From assembly GCA_937876355.1 (NCBI GenBank), contig CALFHN010000177.1:54-64053 (forward strand): DNA of 64,000 nt, written 5' to 3'. Source of the stretch: an uncultured Bacteroidota bacterium (GTDB lineage: Bacteria > Bacteroidota > Rhodothermia > Rhodothermales > UBA10348). The position numbers and the translations under genes are program-made. Below, in pieces: positions 9,463 to 17,882 of this stretch (its first letter is position 1; every line of letters starts with the position of its first letter). The notes beneath the pieces are model-generated. The model saw nothing but the letters and a program-made list of their open reading frames with translations, ran no database searches and was not told the DNA's origin.

Positions 9463-10599
9463 ATGAGCACAACTTCTTCCCCACCCAAAACAGAAGTGCC
9501 CACTGATTCGGATTTTCTGCCTATCAATGGAACAGATTATGTTGAGTTTTATGTCGGAAATGCCAAACAATCTGCGCATTTCTACCGATCTGCTTTTGGA
9601 TTTCAAATTGTTGCCTATGCCGGGTTGGAAACAGGTGTCCGAGACAGGACCAGTTACGTTTTACAACAGGGAAAAATTAGAATTGTCTTGACTACCGCCC
9701 TGCATCCGGATTCTGAAATTGCAGAACATGTAAAACTTCACGGGGATGGTGTTAAAGACCTTGCACTTTGGGTTGATGATGCGACTAGTGCCTACCGGGA
9801 AACCATGAAACGGGGTGCCGTTTCAGTTAAGGAGCCCGTGACTACCTCCGACGATTTTGGCTCAATAACAACGGCTGCAATTAAAACCTACGGAGACACG
9901 ATTCACACGTTTGTGGAGCGCAAGAACTACACGGGCATTTTCATGCCGGGATATGTCGCAGTGGCTGAACCCGCGTATTCTCCAACCAACGTAGGTCTGC
10001 GGTATGTGGACCACTGCGTGGGGAATGTTTACCTGGGCGAGATGAACGAATGTGTAGACTTTTATGCAAACGTAATGGGCTTTCGAAATCTTCGGTCATT
10101 TGATGACAAAGACATTTCCACGGAATACACCGCGTTAATGTCAAAGGTGATGGCGAACGGGAATGATCGGATCAAATTTCCTATCAATGAACCTGCTTTA
10201 GGTAGAAGAAAAAGTCAAATTGAAGAATATTTAGACTTCTACCATGGCCAAGGGGTACAGCATATTGCCATGGCCACCAACAATATTATCGAGACAGTGA
10301 CCGCTCTACAGGCTCGGGGAGTTGAATTTTTATATGTACCTGATTCGTATTACGACTCCATTTTAGACCGCGTCGGTACCATCGATGAAGATTTAGCTCC
10401 ACTCCGAGAACTTGGGATTTTGGTAGATCGAGACGATGAAGGATATTTGCTTCAAATCTTTACTAAACCCGTTCAGGACCGCCCCACCGTTTTTTATGAG
10501 ATCATTCAACGCAAAGGTGCGCGCTCGTTTGGAAAGGGAAATTTCAAGGCGCTCTTTGAATCAATAGAACGTGAACAAGCTCTTCGCGGCAATCTTTAA
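9463..10599 (+). CDS. hppD: 4-hydroxyphenylpyruvate dioxygenase
   Basis: Two VOC modules and a conserved C-terminus: 'GVQHIAMAT', 'GYLLQIFTKP', 'RPTVFYEIIQRKGARSFGKGNFKALFESIEREQALRGNL'. I placed the start at the Met of 'MSTTSSPP'. The track ORF 9418 is a likely over-extension. Confidence 0.92.
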   Translation: MSTTSSPPKTEVPTDSDFLPINGTDYVEFYVGNAKQSAHFYRSAFGFQIVAYAGLETGVRDRTSYVLQQGKIRIVLTTALHPDSEIAEHVKLHGDGVKDLALWVDDATSAYRETMKRGAVSVKEPVTTSDDFGSITTAAIKTYGDTIHTFVERKNYTGIFMPGYVAVAEPAYSPTNVGLRYVDHCVGNVYLGEMNECVDFYANVMGFRNLRSFDDKDISTEYTALMSKVMANGNDRIKFPINEPALGRRKSQIEEYLDFYHGQGVQHIAMATNNIIETVTALQARGVEFLYVPDSYYDSILDRVGTIDEDLAPLRELGILVDRDDEGYLLQIFTKPVQDRPTVFYEIIQRKGARSFGKGNFKALFESIEREQALRGNL

Positions 10600-10620
10600 A
10601 TCTATTTTTCGTCGAATCAA

Positions 10621-11787
10621 ATGCCACATTACGTTAGCCTAGGTAGTTTACCACACAAACGACACACCCAATTTCGCAAGCCAGATGGGACGCTTTATAG
10701 CGAAGAAGTCATTGGTGCAGAAGGATTTAGCGGCATTTCCTCGATCGCTTACCACGTCCATCCACCTACTGTTGTCGATGAAGTAAAGGATCCGATTCCT
10801 TTCGGGCCGGAATACGTAGATCTCGATTTTTTACGACATCGGCATGTAAGGGGAGCACAAATTCCATCACGCGGAGCCTGGCTTGAAGCAAGGCAGTATG
10901 TCATGGGGAACGCGGATGTTCGACTGGCACTTTGTTCTCCTACCGAGCCGATGAAATATTTTTATCGGAATGCGGTAGCCGATGAGATGGTCTACATCCA
11001 CGATGGTGAAGGTGTGCTCGAAAGTCCGTTTGGAAATGTCCCTTTCAAAAAAGGCGACTATGTCCACGTGCCTCGGACTATAACACATCGTTGGTCGTTT
11101 ACTGGTGGAAACGCTCGAGTTCTTATCATCGAATCGTTCTCTGAAATTCGTTTTCCAAAACGATACCAAAATTCGTCGGGCCAATTGTTAGAGCACTCCC
11201 CTTATTGCGAGCGTGACATTAGGCCGCCGTCGGAGCTAATTACCCACGACGAAAGGGGACATTTTGAGGTGCGGATTGCAAAACATGGATATTTACATCC
11301 TTTAATTTTTCGATACCATCCTTTCGACTACGTGGGCTGGGATGGGTATATGTATCCATACGCGACCTCAATACACGATTTCGAACCTATCACCGGCCGC
11401 ATCCATCAACCCCCTCCAGCACACCAACATTTTGAAGGTCGCAATTTTGTGATCTGCTCTTTTGTGCCCCGGATGTATGACTATCACCCTGATTCAATTC
11501 CTGCGCCATACAATCACTCAAATATTGATTCTGACGAAGTCCTCTATTATGCGGAAGGAGAATTTATGAGCCGTAGGGACATTGATAGAGGCTCTTTCAC
11601 CTTGCACCCAGGTGGAATTGCACACGGACCTCACCCAGGTACCGTAGAAGCGTCAATTGGAAAAACTAGGACTGAAGAATTGGCTGTTATGGTGGATACG
11701 TTCAAGCCACTTAAGATGACTAAAACTGCGGTTTCAGCTGAACATCCGGACTATATGCTTTCATGGAGGCCTGAAATCTACGAATAA
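10621..11787 (+). CDS. hmgA: Homogentisate 1,2-dioxygenase (short bacterial type)
   Basis: Lies immediately downstream of hppD. Cupin-like core, and 'SFTLHPGGIAHGPHPG' resembles the HGO '...SLH..M.PHGPD' metal-site region. The N-terminal 'YVSLGSLPHKRHTQFR' is typical of this family. Confidence 0.8.
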   Translation: MPHYVSLGSLPHKRHTQFRKPDGTLYSEEVIGAEGFSGISSIAYHVHPPTVVDEVKDPIPFGPEYVDLDFLRHRHVRGAQIPSRGAWLEARQYVMGNADVRLALCSPTEPMKYFYRNAVADEMVYIHDGEGVLESPFGNVPFKKGDYVHVPRTITHRWSFTGGNARVLIIESFSEIRFPKRYQNSSGQLLEHSPYCERDIRPPSELITHDERGHFEVRIAKHGYLHPLIFRYHPFDYVGWDGYMYPYATSIHDFEPITGRIHQPPPAHQHFEGRNFVICSFVPRMYDYHPDSIPAPYNHSNIDSDEVLYYAEGEFMSRRDIDRGSFTLHPGGIAHGPHPGTVEASIGKTRTEELAVMVDTFKPLKMTKTAVSAEHPDYMLSWRPEIYE

Positions 11788-11825
11788 GGCCCGCGGCTTA
11801 TCTAAGTGCGAAACTGAACCGATTC

Positions 11826-13169
11826 TTATCGAGATACGACAGGCTTGATGTCGTCATGAGTTATGCAGAAAAATTCTCTGCCATGGACGCCGTCCGAGGC
11901 AGAATAACAAATCTGATTCTTAACGGTACCGTAATCATTGGGCGTCGATCCTTCGCTCCCAGGCCATAGATCCAATACCATTTCGGTGATCGTTCCGTTC
12001 GTTCGCCAACCCTCTATTCCATATTTTTCTGTTCTGGCGGAAAAATAGACCCACGTATCGTCATAACGAATGAAGGAAAAAGGATTTGAGCCGAGGGATC
12101 CTTCTTCGATATCCGAGATCAGGGTAGCACCTGCATCTGAAGACCAACTCCACAATTCCGGACCATGTTCGCCATCGTCTGCCGAGAAATAGAGCTTGTT
12201 ACCGAATACAAATAGCTGCTGTGGCTCCGAACCACGTTCCCCTGGTCTAATCTCAGCAGCCAATTCTGGTTGTTGACCTTCAAGGAGAGAATACAACTCT
12301 ACGCCAGAATCTGGTGTATTGGCAGCAAACACAAGGCGATCACCAACAATTTTTAAACTCCGAGGAGATGAACTCTCTGTACCGGGATATAAATCGGTCA
12401 CATTTGACATATTTAATCCATCATATGACCATAACTCCAAACCTAAATCAGGTGTAAAGGCCATAAAATACAGTGTGCTGCCTAATCGGATTAGCTCTTG
12501 AGGCCGCGATCCAGAAGGACCAGGATTCAAATCTGATACCATCTCAACCTTGGCCCCATCGTATTGAAACAACTCTGTGCCGAAACCTGTTTTTTCGGCG
12601 GAAAAGTATGCAATGCCATTTAGTTCTGCGAATCCTATAGGATTGGAGCTTCTAGAGTCATCGTTAATATTACTTACCAAGCTGACATTTTTTCCGTCGA
12701 ACTGCCATAATTCAAATCCGCTCACGTCGTCGTTTGCTGAAAACAAGAGCACATCATTAAAAACAGTTAACCCATTAGGGTTCGAACTTGAAGGGCTATC
12801 ACCGATGTCTTTGATAAGTTGAGCACTAGAACCATTCTGAACGAATAATTCTCTACCATAAGGCTCCTTCACGGCTGTGAAATACAATTTGTCTTTATAT
12901 ACGACGAATCGTGAAGGCACTGAATGGCCGGAGCCAGGCTGGATGTCCGAAAATACTTGCAGTTTTTTTCCATCGTATGCCCAAATTTCCGAACCTAATT
13001 CTGGAGTAGTTAACTGCACCAATATTTTGCCGTCATATTGAAACATCGAGTTTGGATTGCCAGAATCCGCACCCGGATTTGCATCTAAGATCAATCCGGT
13101 TGGTGATGGCGTAGAATTACATCCAAACAAAACCACGGTAAGTATCAGGGCGTATAAAAAGCGCATCAT
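11826..13169 (-). CDS. ELWxxDGT-repeat (beta-propeller-like) lipoprotein
   Basis: Lipobox 'VLFGC'. About nine units of roughly 47 aa each carry a G-x-E-L/I-W/F-x-x-D/N-G core: GSEIWAYDG, GRELFVQNG, GFELWQFDG, GTELFQYDG, GLELWSYDG, GVELYSL, GPELWSWS, GIEGWRTNG, GREFFCI. Confidence 0.8.
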   Translation of the reverse strand: MMRFLYALILTVVLFGCNSTPSPTGLILDANPGADSGNPNSMFQYDGKILVQLTTPELGSEIWAYDGKKLQVFSDIQPGSGHSVPSRFVVYKDKLYFTAVKEPYGRELFVQNGSSAQLIKDIGDSPSSSNPNGLTVFNDVLLFSANDDVSGFELWQFDGKNVSLVSNINDDSRSSNPIGFAELNGIAYFSAEKTGFGTELFQYDGAKVEMVSDLNPGPSGSRPQELIRLGSTLYFMAFTPDLGLELWSYDGLNMSNVTDLYPGTESSSPRSLKIVGDRLVFAANTPDSGVELYSLLEGQQPELAAEIRPGERGSEPQQLFVFGNKLYFSADDGEHGPELWSWSSDAGATLISDIEEGSLGSNPFSFIRYDDTWVYFSARTEKYGIEGWRTNGTITEMVLDLWPGSEGSTPNDYGTVKNQICYSASDGVHGREFFCITHDDIKPVVSR

Positions 13170-13185
13170 AAAATTGGGGACGACT

Positions 13186-13215
13186 CGTAAAAGTTAGGAT
13201 CGTAAGAGTTAGGAT
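13186..13215. repeat. Tandem 2 x 15-bp direct repeat in a divergent promoter region
   Basis: CGTAAAAGTTAGGAT (13186-13200) and CGTAAGAGTTAGGAT (13201-13215), with 1 mismatch. It lies 17-46 bp upstream of the ELW-repeat gene start. Confidence 0.7.
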
Positions 13216-13345
13216 CGGTGGGTCTACTTACTTCATCGAAGAAGGTTTAAGTGAAAATACCATTATTGAACGATTCACTACAGTCACAATTTTTAGCATC
13301 TAAAGTTGAAGAATCAGTACCAGCGCCCAAAAATCATACTATTTC

Positions 13346-15307
13346 ATGACCCCCACTTTTCCGTTTGATCAAAAATTTGCCTGGCAGCCCGATTTGGAGA
13401 CCATTAGAACCTCCAACCTACAGGCATTTATGGACACCCATAAAATTGCCTCTTACGATTTATTGCTGAAAAAAAGCGTAGAGGATATTTCTTGGTTTTG
13501 GGATGCCGTTTTAAAACAGTTGGATATTCAGTTCGAGCAGCCTTATGAACATGTAGTGGATGTATCGAATGGACCACAATTTCCGATTTGGTGTAGTGGT
13601 GGCCGAATGAATATCTACCACAATTTAATAGAAAAGTGGCTTGGGGATGCGAAATCGGCAGACAGAACCGCACTAAAATATGAATCCGAAGAAGGCAGCG
13701 TTCGGTGCTGGACCTACACGGAGCTTTCCCTAGAAGTGAATAAATGTGCGAATGCGCTCAGGTCAGCCGGATTTGGAAAAGGCGACGCCATTGGGTTATT
13801 TATGCCGATGACTCCAGAATTGATTATCGCATTCTTAGCTATAGTCAAAATTGGTGGGATTGTACTTCCTTTGTTTTCTGGGTACGGCCCGAGCGCAGTT
13901 GCAACCCGCTTGTTGGACGCAGATGCAGTCGCATTATTCACGGCCGATGGTTCTCCGCGACGAGGACGCATTATTCCAATGAAGGAAATTGCGGATGAAG
14001 CACTTGCTAATTGCCCTAAGGTCCGAAAAGTTTTTGTCCTGAATCGGAGCAACAGCTCAGTCAGCTCATTGAAAACGGATCGCGATGTTGACTACCACAC
14101 TTTTGTCGAGGGGCAATCCACTGAATGCGTCACAGAAAGCACAAGTGCTGAAGATGTCGTGATGATCATCTACACGTCGGGCACGACGGGGAAACCCAAA
14201 GGCGCCATTCACACCCACTGTGGCTTCCCCATAAAGGCCGCCCAAGACATGTATCATGCGATGGATTTGAAACCTGCAGAAACCATGTACTGGATGAGCG
14301 ACATGGGGTGGATGATGGGCCCGTGGTTAGTTTTCGGGACGCTGGCAATAGGAGCCAGCATGGTGATTTACGATGGCGCACCGGATTTTCCCGAGGCAGA
14401 TAGAATCTGGCAACTTGTTGATAGACATAAGGTTACCCACTTAGGCTTGTCGCCCGTTCTCATTCGCTCCTTAATGCCAAAAGGTCGCGAATGGGTGGAA
14501 AAAAATGACTTAAGCACGCTTCGGGCGGTGGGGTCTACGGGAAGCCCTTGGGACCCAGCTTCTTGGTCTTGGGTCTTTGATGTCGTACTCAAAAAACAAC
14601 ATCCCATCCTAAATTACTCTGGAGGCACAGAAATTTCAGGAGGTATCGTTTGCGGCAATTTTTTCAAACCGCTTAAGCCCTGCTCATTTTCTGGTCCGGT
14701 GCCCGGCATGGCTGCTGACGTTATTGACGAAAATGGCAATTCTATTCTCGAAGCGGTTGGTGAGTTGGTTATCCGACAACCATGGATTGGCATGACCAGA
14801 GGATTTTGGAAAGATCCTACCAGGTACTTGGAATCATACTGGAATCGATTTGACGGCATATGGGTGCATGGAGACTTTGCAGCCATTGACAAAGATGGAT
14901 TATGGTTTATTCTCGGAAGAAGCGATGATACCATCAAAATTGCAGGGAAAAGGTTGGGACCGTCAGAAATTGAGGCCATTCTCAACGCCGACGTAGATGT
15001 CGAAGAAAGTGCTGCGATCGGAATTCCGCATGATATTAAAGGAGAAGAAGTCGGCGTATACGTAGTTTTGGTATCCTCGTGTAAGCCTACTGAAGTAATT
15101 AGAGAACGATTGTTTACGTCGGTAGTGAATGAACTCGGAAAACCATTGAAGCCCGGATTTATCAAGTTTGCATCCAGCCTTCCCAAAACTCGAAATTCAA
15201 AAGTGATGCGCCGAATCATTCAGGCTACCTATTTGGGAAAAGAATTGGGAGATATCTCTAGTCTTGAAGACACAGGATCTATTACTGCGATTCAGAATGC
15301 TAAGTAA
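13346..15307 (+). CDS. AMP-forming acyl-CoA synthetase (acetate/acetoacetate-CoA ligase family)
   Basis: AMP-binding motif 'IYTSGTTGKPKG', 'GRSDDTIKIAGKRLGPSEIE', C-terminal 'LPKTRNSKVMRR'. The length and an ACAS_N-like N-terminus fit the Acs family. Substrate is unknown. Confidence 0.85.
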   Translation: MTPTFPFDQKFAWQPDLETIRTSNLQAFMDTHKIASYDLLLKKSVEDISWFWDAVLKQLDIQFEQPYEHVVDVSNGPQFPIWCSGGRMNIYHNLIEKWLGDAKSADRTALKYESEEGSVRCWTYTELSLEVNKCANALRSAGFGKGDAIGLFMPMTPELIIAFLAIVKIGGIVLPLFSGYGPSAVATRLLDADAVALFTADGSPRRGRIIPMKEIADEALANCPKVRKVFVLNRSNSSVSSLKTDRDVDYHTFVEGQSTECVTESTSAEDVVMIIYTSGTTGKPKGAIHTHCGFPIKAAQDMYHAMDLKPAETMYWMSDMGWMMGPWLVFGTLAIGASMVIYDGAPDFPEADRIWQLVDRHKVTHLGLSPVLIRSLMPKGREWVEKNDLSTLRAVGSTGSPWDPASWSWVFDVVLKKQHPILNYSGGTEISGGIVCGNFFKPLKPCSFSGPVPGMAADVIDENGNSILEAVGELVIRQPWIGMTRGFWKDPTRYLESYWNRFDGIWVHGDFAAIDKDGLWFILGRSDDTIKIAGKRLGPSEIEAILNADVDVEESAAIGIPHDIKGEEVGVYVVLVSSCKPTEVIRERLFTSVVNELGKPLKPGFIKFASSLPKTRNSKVMRRIIQATYLGKELGDISSLEDTGSITAIQNAK

Positions 15308-15331
15308 CAGGTAACAGGTAACAGGTAATAA
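15304..15331. repeat. Heptamer microsatellite (GTAACAG)x3 plus a degenerate GTAATAA copy
   Basis: GTAACAG GTAACAG GTAACAG GTAATAA, overlapping the acs stop codon (TAA 15305-15307). It is followed by GTGACAA GTGACGA at 15343-15356. Confidence 0.8.
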
Positions 15332-15410
15332 GGGCAATAACTCGTGACAAGTGACGATTAGGTGTAATAATTGCACGACATCAAGACCTTACAAGGAATA
15401 CAATAATTTT

Positions 15411-16544
15411 ATGACTGCTTCTCGCCTTATTTCATCGTTTTTCGTTTTCCTCCTGCTTACGAGCACTCTTCAAGTGAATGCCCAGAGTAACACTCGTGCC
15501 TTCATAAATGGACAGGTCGTCGACGCAGAGTCCAAACAACCGCTGCCCGGGGCTCATGTTTTTATCGCTGGATCAATGATCGGCACAGTCACGGATATGA
15601 ACGGAAAATACGACCTGACAAATGTGCCCATGGGGGCTCACCGTCTGTATGTATCCATGTTAGGGTTTGAACATGATTTTAGGGATATCATGTTGAGGGT
15701 TGGAAAAGATTATGCATTCGATTTCGAACTAAAGGAGAACGTTTTAGAGGTGGGTGAAATCACCATTGAAGCGGAGCGAGACAAAAACTGGCTGAAGCGG
15801 CTTGAAAAATTTACGCGAATGTTTGTCGGGGAAACGACTAACTCCTTAGAAACCAGTATTACAAATCCTGAGGTTCTTGACTTTGAAGATAAACGTGGCA
15901 CGTTTACCGCGGTCGCCTCTGCGCCTTTGATTATTGAAAATCGAGCGCTGGGTTACCGGATTCAATATTTTTTGAAAGATTTTGAATCAACACCTTCTCG
16001 AGTGAAATATGATGGAGAAGGGCTCTACGAAGAAATGAAAGCCGAATCAGAAGAGCAGGCTCGTGAGTGGGAGGAAAAACGTAGAGCTGCATTTATCGGA
16101 TCATTTAGGCATTTTATGTTGGCTGTTATCGCCGGAAGATCAGAAGCCCAAGGATTCAAGACCTATTCGCGGCCATCAGTTGGCGGAAAATCTAGAGATA
16201 CTTTTAATCAAAGTTCAGCCATGGCGGATCAACGTTTTCCTTTAGATCCGACTTCCATCCTTAAGCCGGGGGAAGTGGAAAACGAATATTATCTGGATTT
16301 TGAAGGACACATGGAAGTGATCTACATGGGAGAAAAAGAAGACGAGGCATATCTGGATTGGTCGATGAGACCAGAACGATCCAACCCTCGTTTCCAGACT
16401 TCGTGGACTTTTTTGGATCACGGACCCGCACTCGTTGACTACAAGGGCGATACCCTAGACCCATACGGAATAGTGTTTATGGGGTACTGGGCATTTGAGC
16501 GTGTAGCTGACGACCCTCCGAAAGAGTACCGGCCCAAACTGTAG
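15411..16544 (+). CDS. Carboxypeptidase-regulatory-like (CarboxypepD_reg) domain protein, secreted
   Basis: Signal peptide 'MTASRLISSFFVFLLLTSTLQVNAQS', then 'INGQVVDAESKQPLPGAHVFIAGSMIGTVTDMNGKYDLTNVPMGAHRLYVSMLGFE'. The track start at 15351 (GTG) is a likely over-extension. Confidence 0.7.
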   Translation: MTASRLISSFFVFLLLTSTLQVNAQSNTRAFINGQVVDAESKQPLPGAHVFIAGSMIGTVTDMNGKYDLTNVPMGAHRLYVSMLGFEHDFRDIMLRVGKDYAFDFELKENVLEVGEITIEAERDKNWLKRLEKFTRMFVGETTNSLETSITNPEVLDFEDKRGTFTAVASAPLIIENRALGYRIQYFLKDFESTPSRVKYDGEGLYEEMKAESEEQAREWEEKRRAAFIGSFRHFMLAVIAGRSEAQGFKTYSRPSVGGKSRDTFNQSSAMADQRFPLDPTSILKPGEVENEYYLDFEGHMEVIYMGEKEDEAYLDWSMRPERSNPRFQTSWTFLDHGPALVDYKGDTLDPYGIVFMGYWAFERVADDPPKEYRPKL

Positions 16545-16552
16545 GCGCGCCT

Positions 16553-16584
16553 ATTAAAACTGACCGCCTAGCCTATAAAGGCGG
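16553..16584 (-). terminator. Candidate intrinsic terminator of yraN
   Basis: The minus strand reads CCGCCT-TTATAGGCT-AGGCGG followed by TCAGTTTTAAT. The 6-bp GC stem overlaps the yraN stop codon. Confidence 0.35.
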
Positions 16585-16951
16585 ATTCAATATGTTCGTA
16601 CTCAATGTTGGGAGGCGAGCCTAGCATTGAAATAATATCAAAACGGCATGGCGTCCCTTCCATTTTTCGTTCATGAAGAAATGCACCTGCTGCTTGAATA
16701 ATTAGTCTTTGCTTACCCCGTCCAACCGCCGACTCAGGACTAGCAAATTCGGAATTTCGACGCAATTTTACTTCCACAAAGACGAGATCTCCGCCTCTAT
16801 CATATTGTTTTGCGGGAAGAAACGCGATTATATCTACCTCGGCCTTCATAAATCGATAGTTCGACTCAAGAATTACATATCCCTTTGATTCCAGCCAAGC
16901 AGCTGCCAAGCGTTCCCCAGCGAATCCTTTCATTTGTTTTGCCGATGGCAT
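16568..16951 (-). CDS. yraN: YraN-family (UPF0102) endonuclease-like protein
   Basis: 'GERLAAAWLESKGYVILESNYR', 'EVDIIA', 'LVFVEVKLR' give the PD-(D/E)xK pattern typical of YraN. Confidence 0.85.
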   Translation of the reverse strand: MPSAKQMKGFAGERLAAAWLESKGYVILESNYRFMKAEVDIIAFLPAKQYDRGGDLVFVEVKLRRNSEFASPESAVGRGKQRLIIQAAGAFLHERKMEGTPCRFDIISMLGSPPNIEYEHIESAFIG

Positions 16952-17002
16952 TTTATTGACCTGTCTGCCCTACACGCCTTGAATTCAGGTGTTCCGGATC
17001 GC

Positions 17003-17028
17003 GGTCTGGAAACGTATCTTTCCAGACC
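17003..17028. promoter_or_regulatory. Perfect 10-bp inverted repeat (candidate operator or 5'-UTR hairpin)
   Basis: GGTCTGGAAA-cgtatc-TTTCCAGACC sits in the 113-bp divergent region between yraN (start 16951) and the DUF62 gene (start 17065). Confidence 0.5.
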
Positions 17029-17064
17029 CTATCGGGACCTTCATCTATTTGACACAGCTAAGCC

Positions 17065-17877
17065 TTGATCGCAACCCCAGGCATACTAACGATAACAACT
17101 GATTTTGGCATAAAAGATGGCTACGTCGCAGCCATGAAAGGTGTTATTCTAGGCATCAATCCCGAAGTAAACATCGTTGATATTTCCCATAACATTTCTC
17201 CTCAAGATGTCATGGAAGCGGCCTTCGTGCTCAGAAATGCAGCCCTTACTTTTCCTGAGGGCACCGTACACTTAGCCGTCGTCGATCCGGGGGTAGGCAC
17301 CAAGCGACGGCCAATAGCTTTGAGATACAATAATCAGTTTTTTGTCGGGCCAGACAATGGCCTTTTTTCCCTACTCCTTACAGATGGCAAGCCCGACGAT
17401 TTGGTTGAATTAACTAAACCCCGATTTTGGAGGACACCGTCACCAAGCCCAACCTTCCATGGGCGTGATCTGTTTGCTCCGGTTGCCGCCCATTTGGCTA
17501 CTGGACTCACGTTGACGGCAGCTGGGACACCAATTGAAAGCATGAAAACGCTTCACTGGGCCCTCCCCATCACTGATGAGCGGGGAGTCCAAGGATGGGT
17601 TGTTCACATTGATAGTTTCGGAAATTGCATCACCAATATTACTAAAATACAATTTTTAGAGAGCCATCGTAAAAGGACATTCAAATGTTATGCTGGAAAC
17701 GCGATTATCGACTGCATTAGCAATACGTATGCGGATGTTGATTCCGGAGATCCTACTTTACTTGTAAATAGTAATGATTTTGTAGAAATCGCCATCCATC
17801 GAGGATCCGCAGCGCAAATGTTAGATATACGGAAAGGAACGCCTGTAAATCTAGTTTTTTCAGACGAAAGAGGTTAA
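17065..17877 (+). CDS. SAM hydroxide adenosyltransferase / SAM hydrolase (DUF62, fluorinase/chlorinase-related)
   Basis: 'ILTITTDFGIKDGYVAAMKGVILGINP', 'VVDPGVGTKRRPI', 'GPDNGLFS', 'FHGRDLFAPVAAHL' are hallmark DUF62 blocks. TTG start. Confidence 0.85.
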   Translation: MIATPGILTITTDFGIKDGYVAAMKGVILGINPEVNIVDISHNISPQDVMEAAFVLRNAALTFPEGTVHLAVVDPGVGTKRRPIALRYNNQFFVGPDNGLFSLLLTDGKPDDLVELTKPRFWRTPSPSPTFHGRDLFAPVAAHLATGLTLTAAGTPIESMKTLHWALPITDERGVQGWVVHIDSFGNCITNITKIQFLESHRKRTFKCYAGNAIIDCISNTYADVDSGDPTLLVNSNDFVEIAIHRGSAAQMLDIRKGTPVNLVFSDERG

Positions 17878-17882
17878 TTAGG

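Noticed and set aside
14614-15219. 201-aa minus-strand ORF inside the acyl-CoA synthetase gene. Similar cases are 33300-33818 (-), 34542-35039 (+), 36963-37379 (+), 39284-39736 (+), 46344-46769 (+) and 54855-55352 (-).
   Set aside because: All are embedded antisense in genes with strong family signatures, and their translations have no recognisable motifs. Long shadow ORFs are expected at this base composition.
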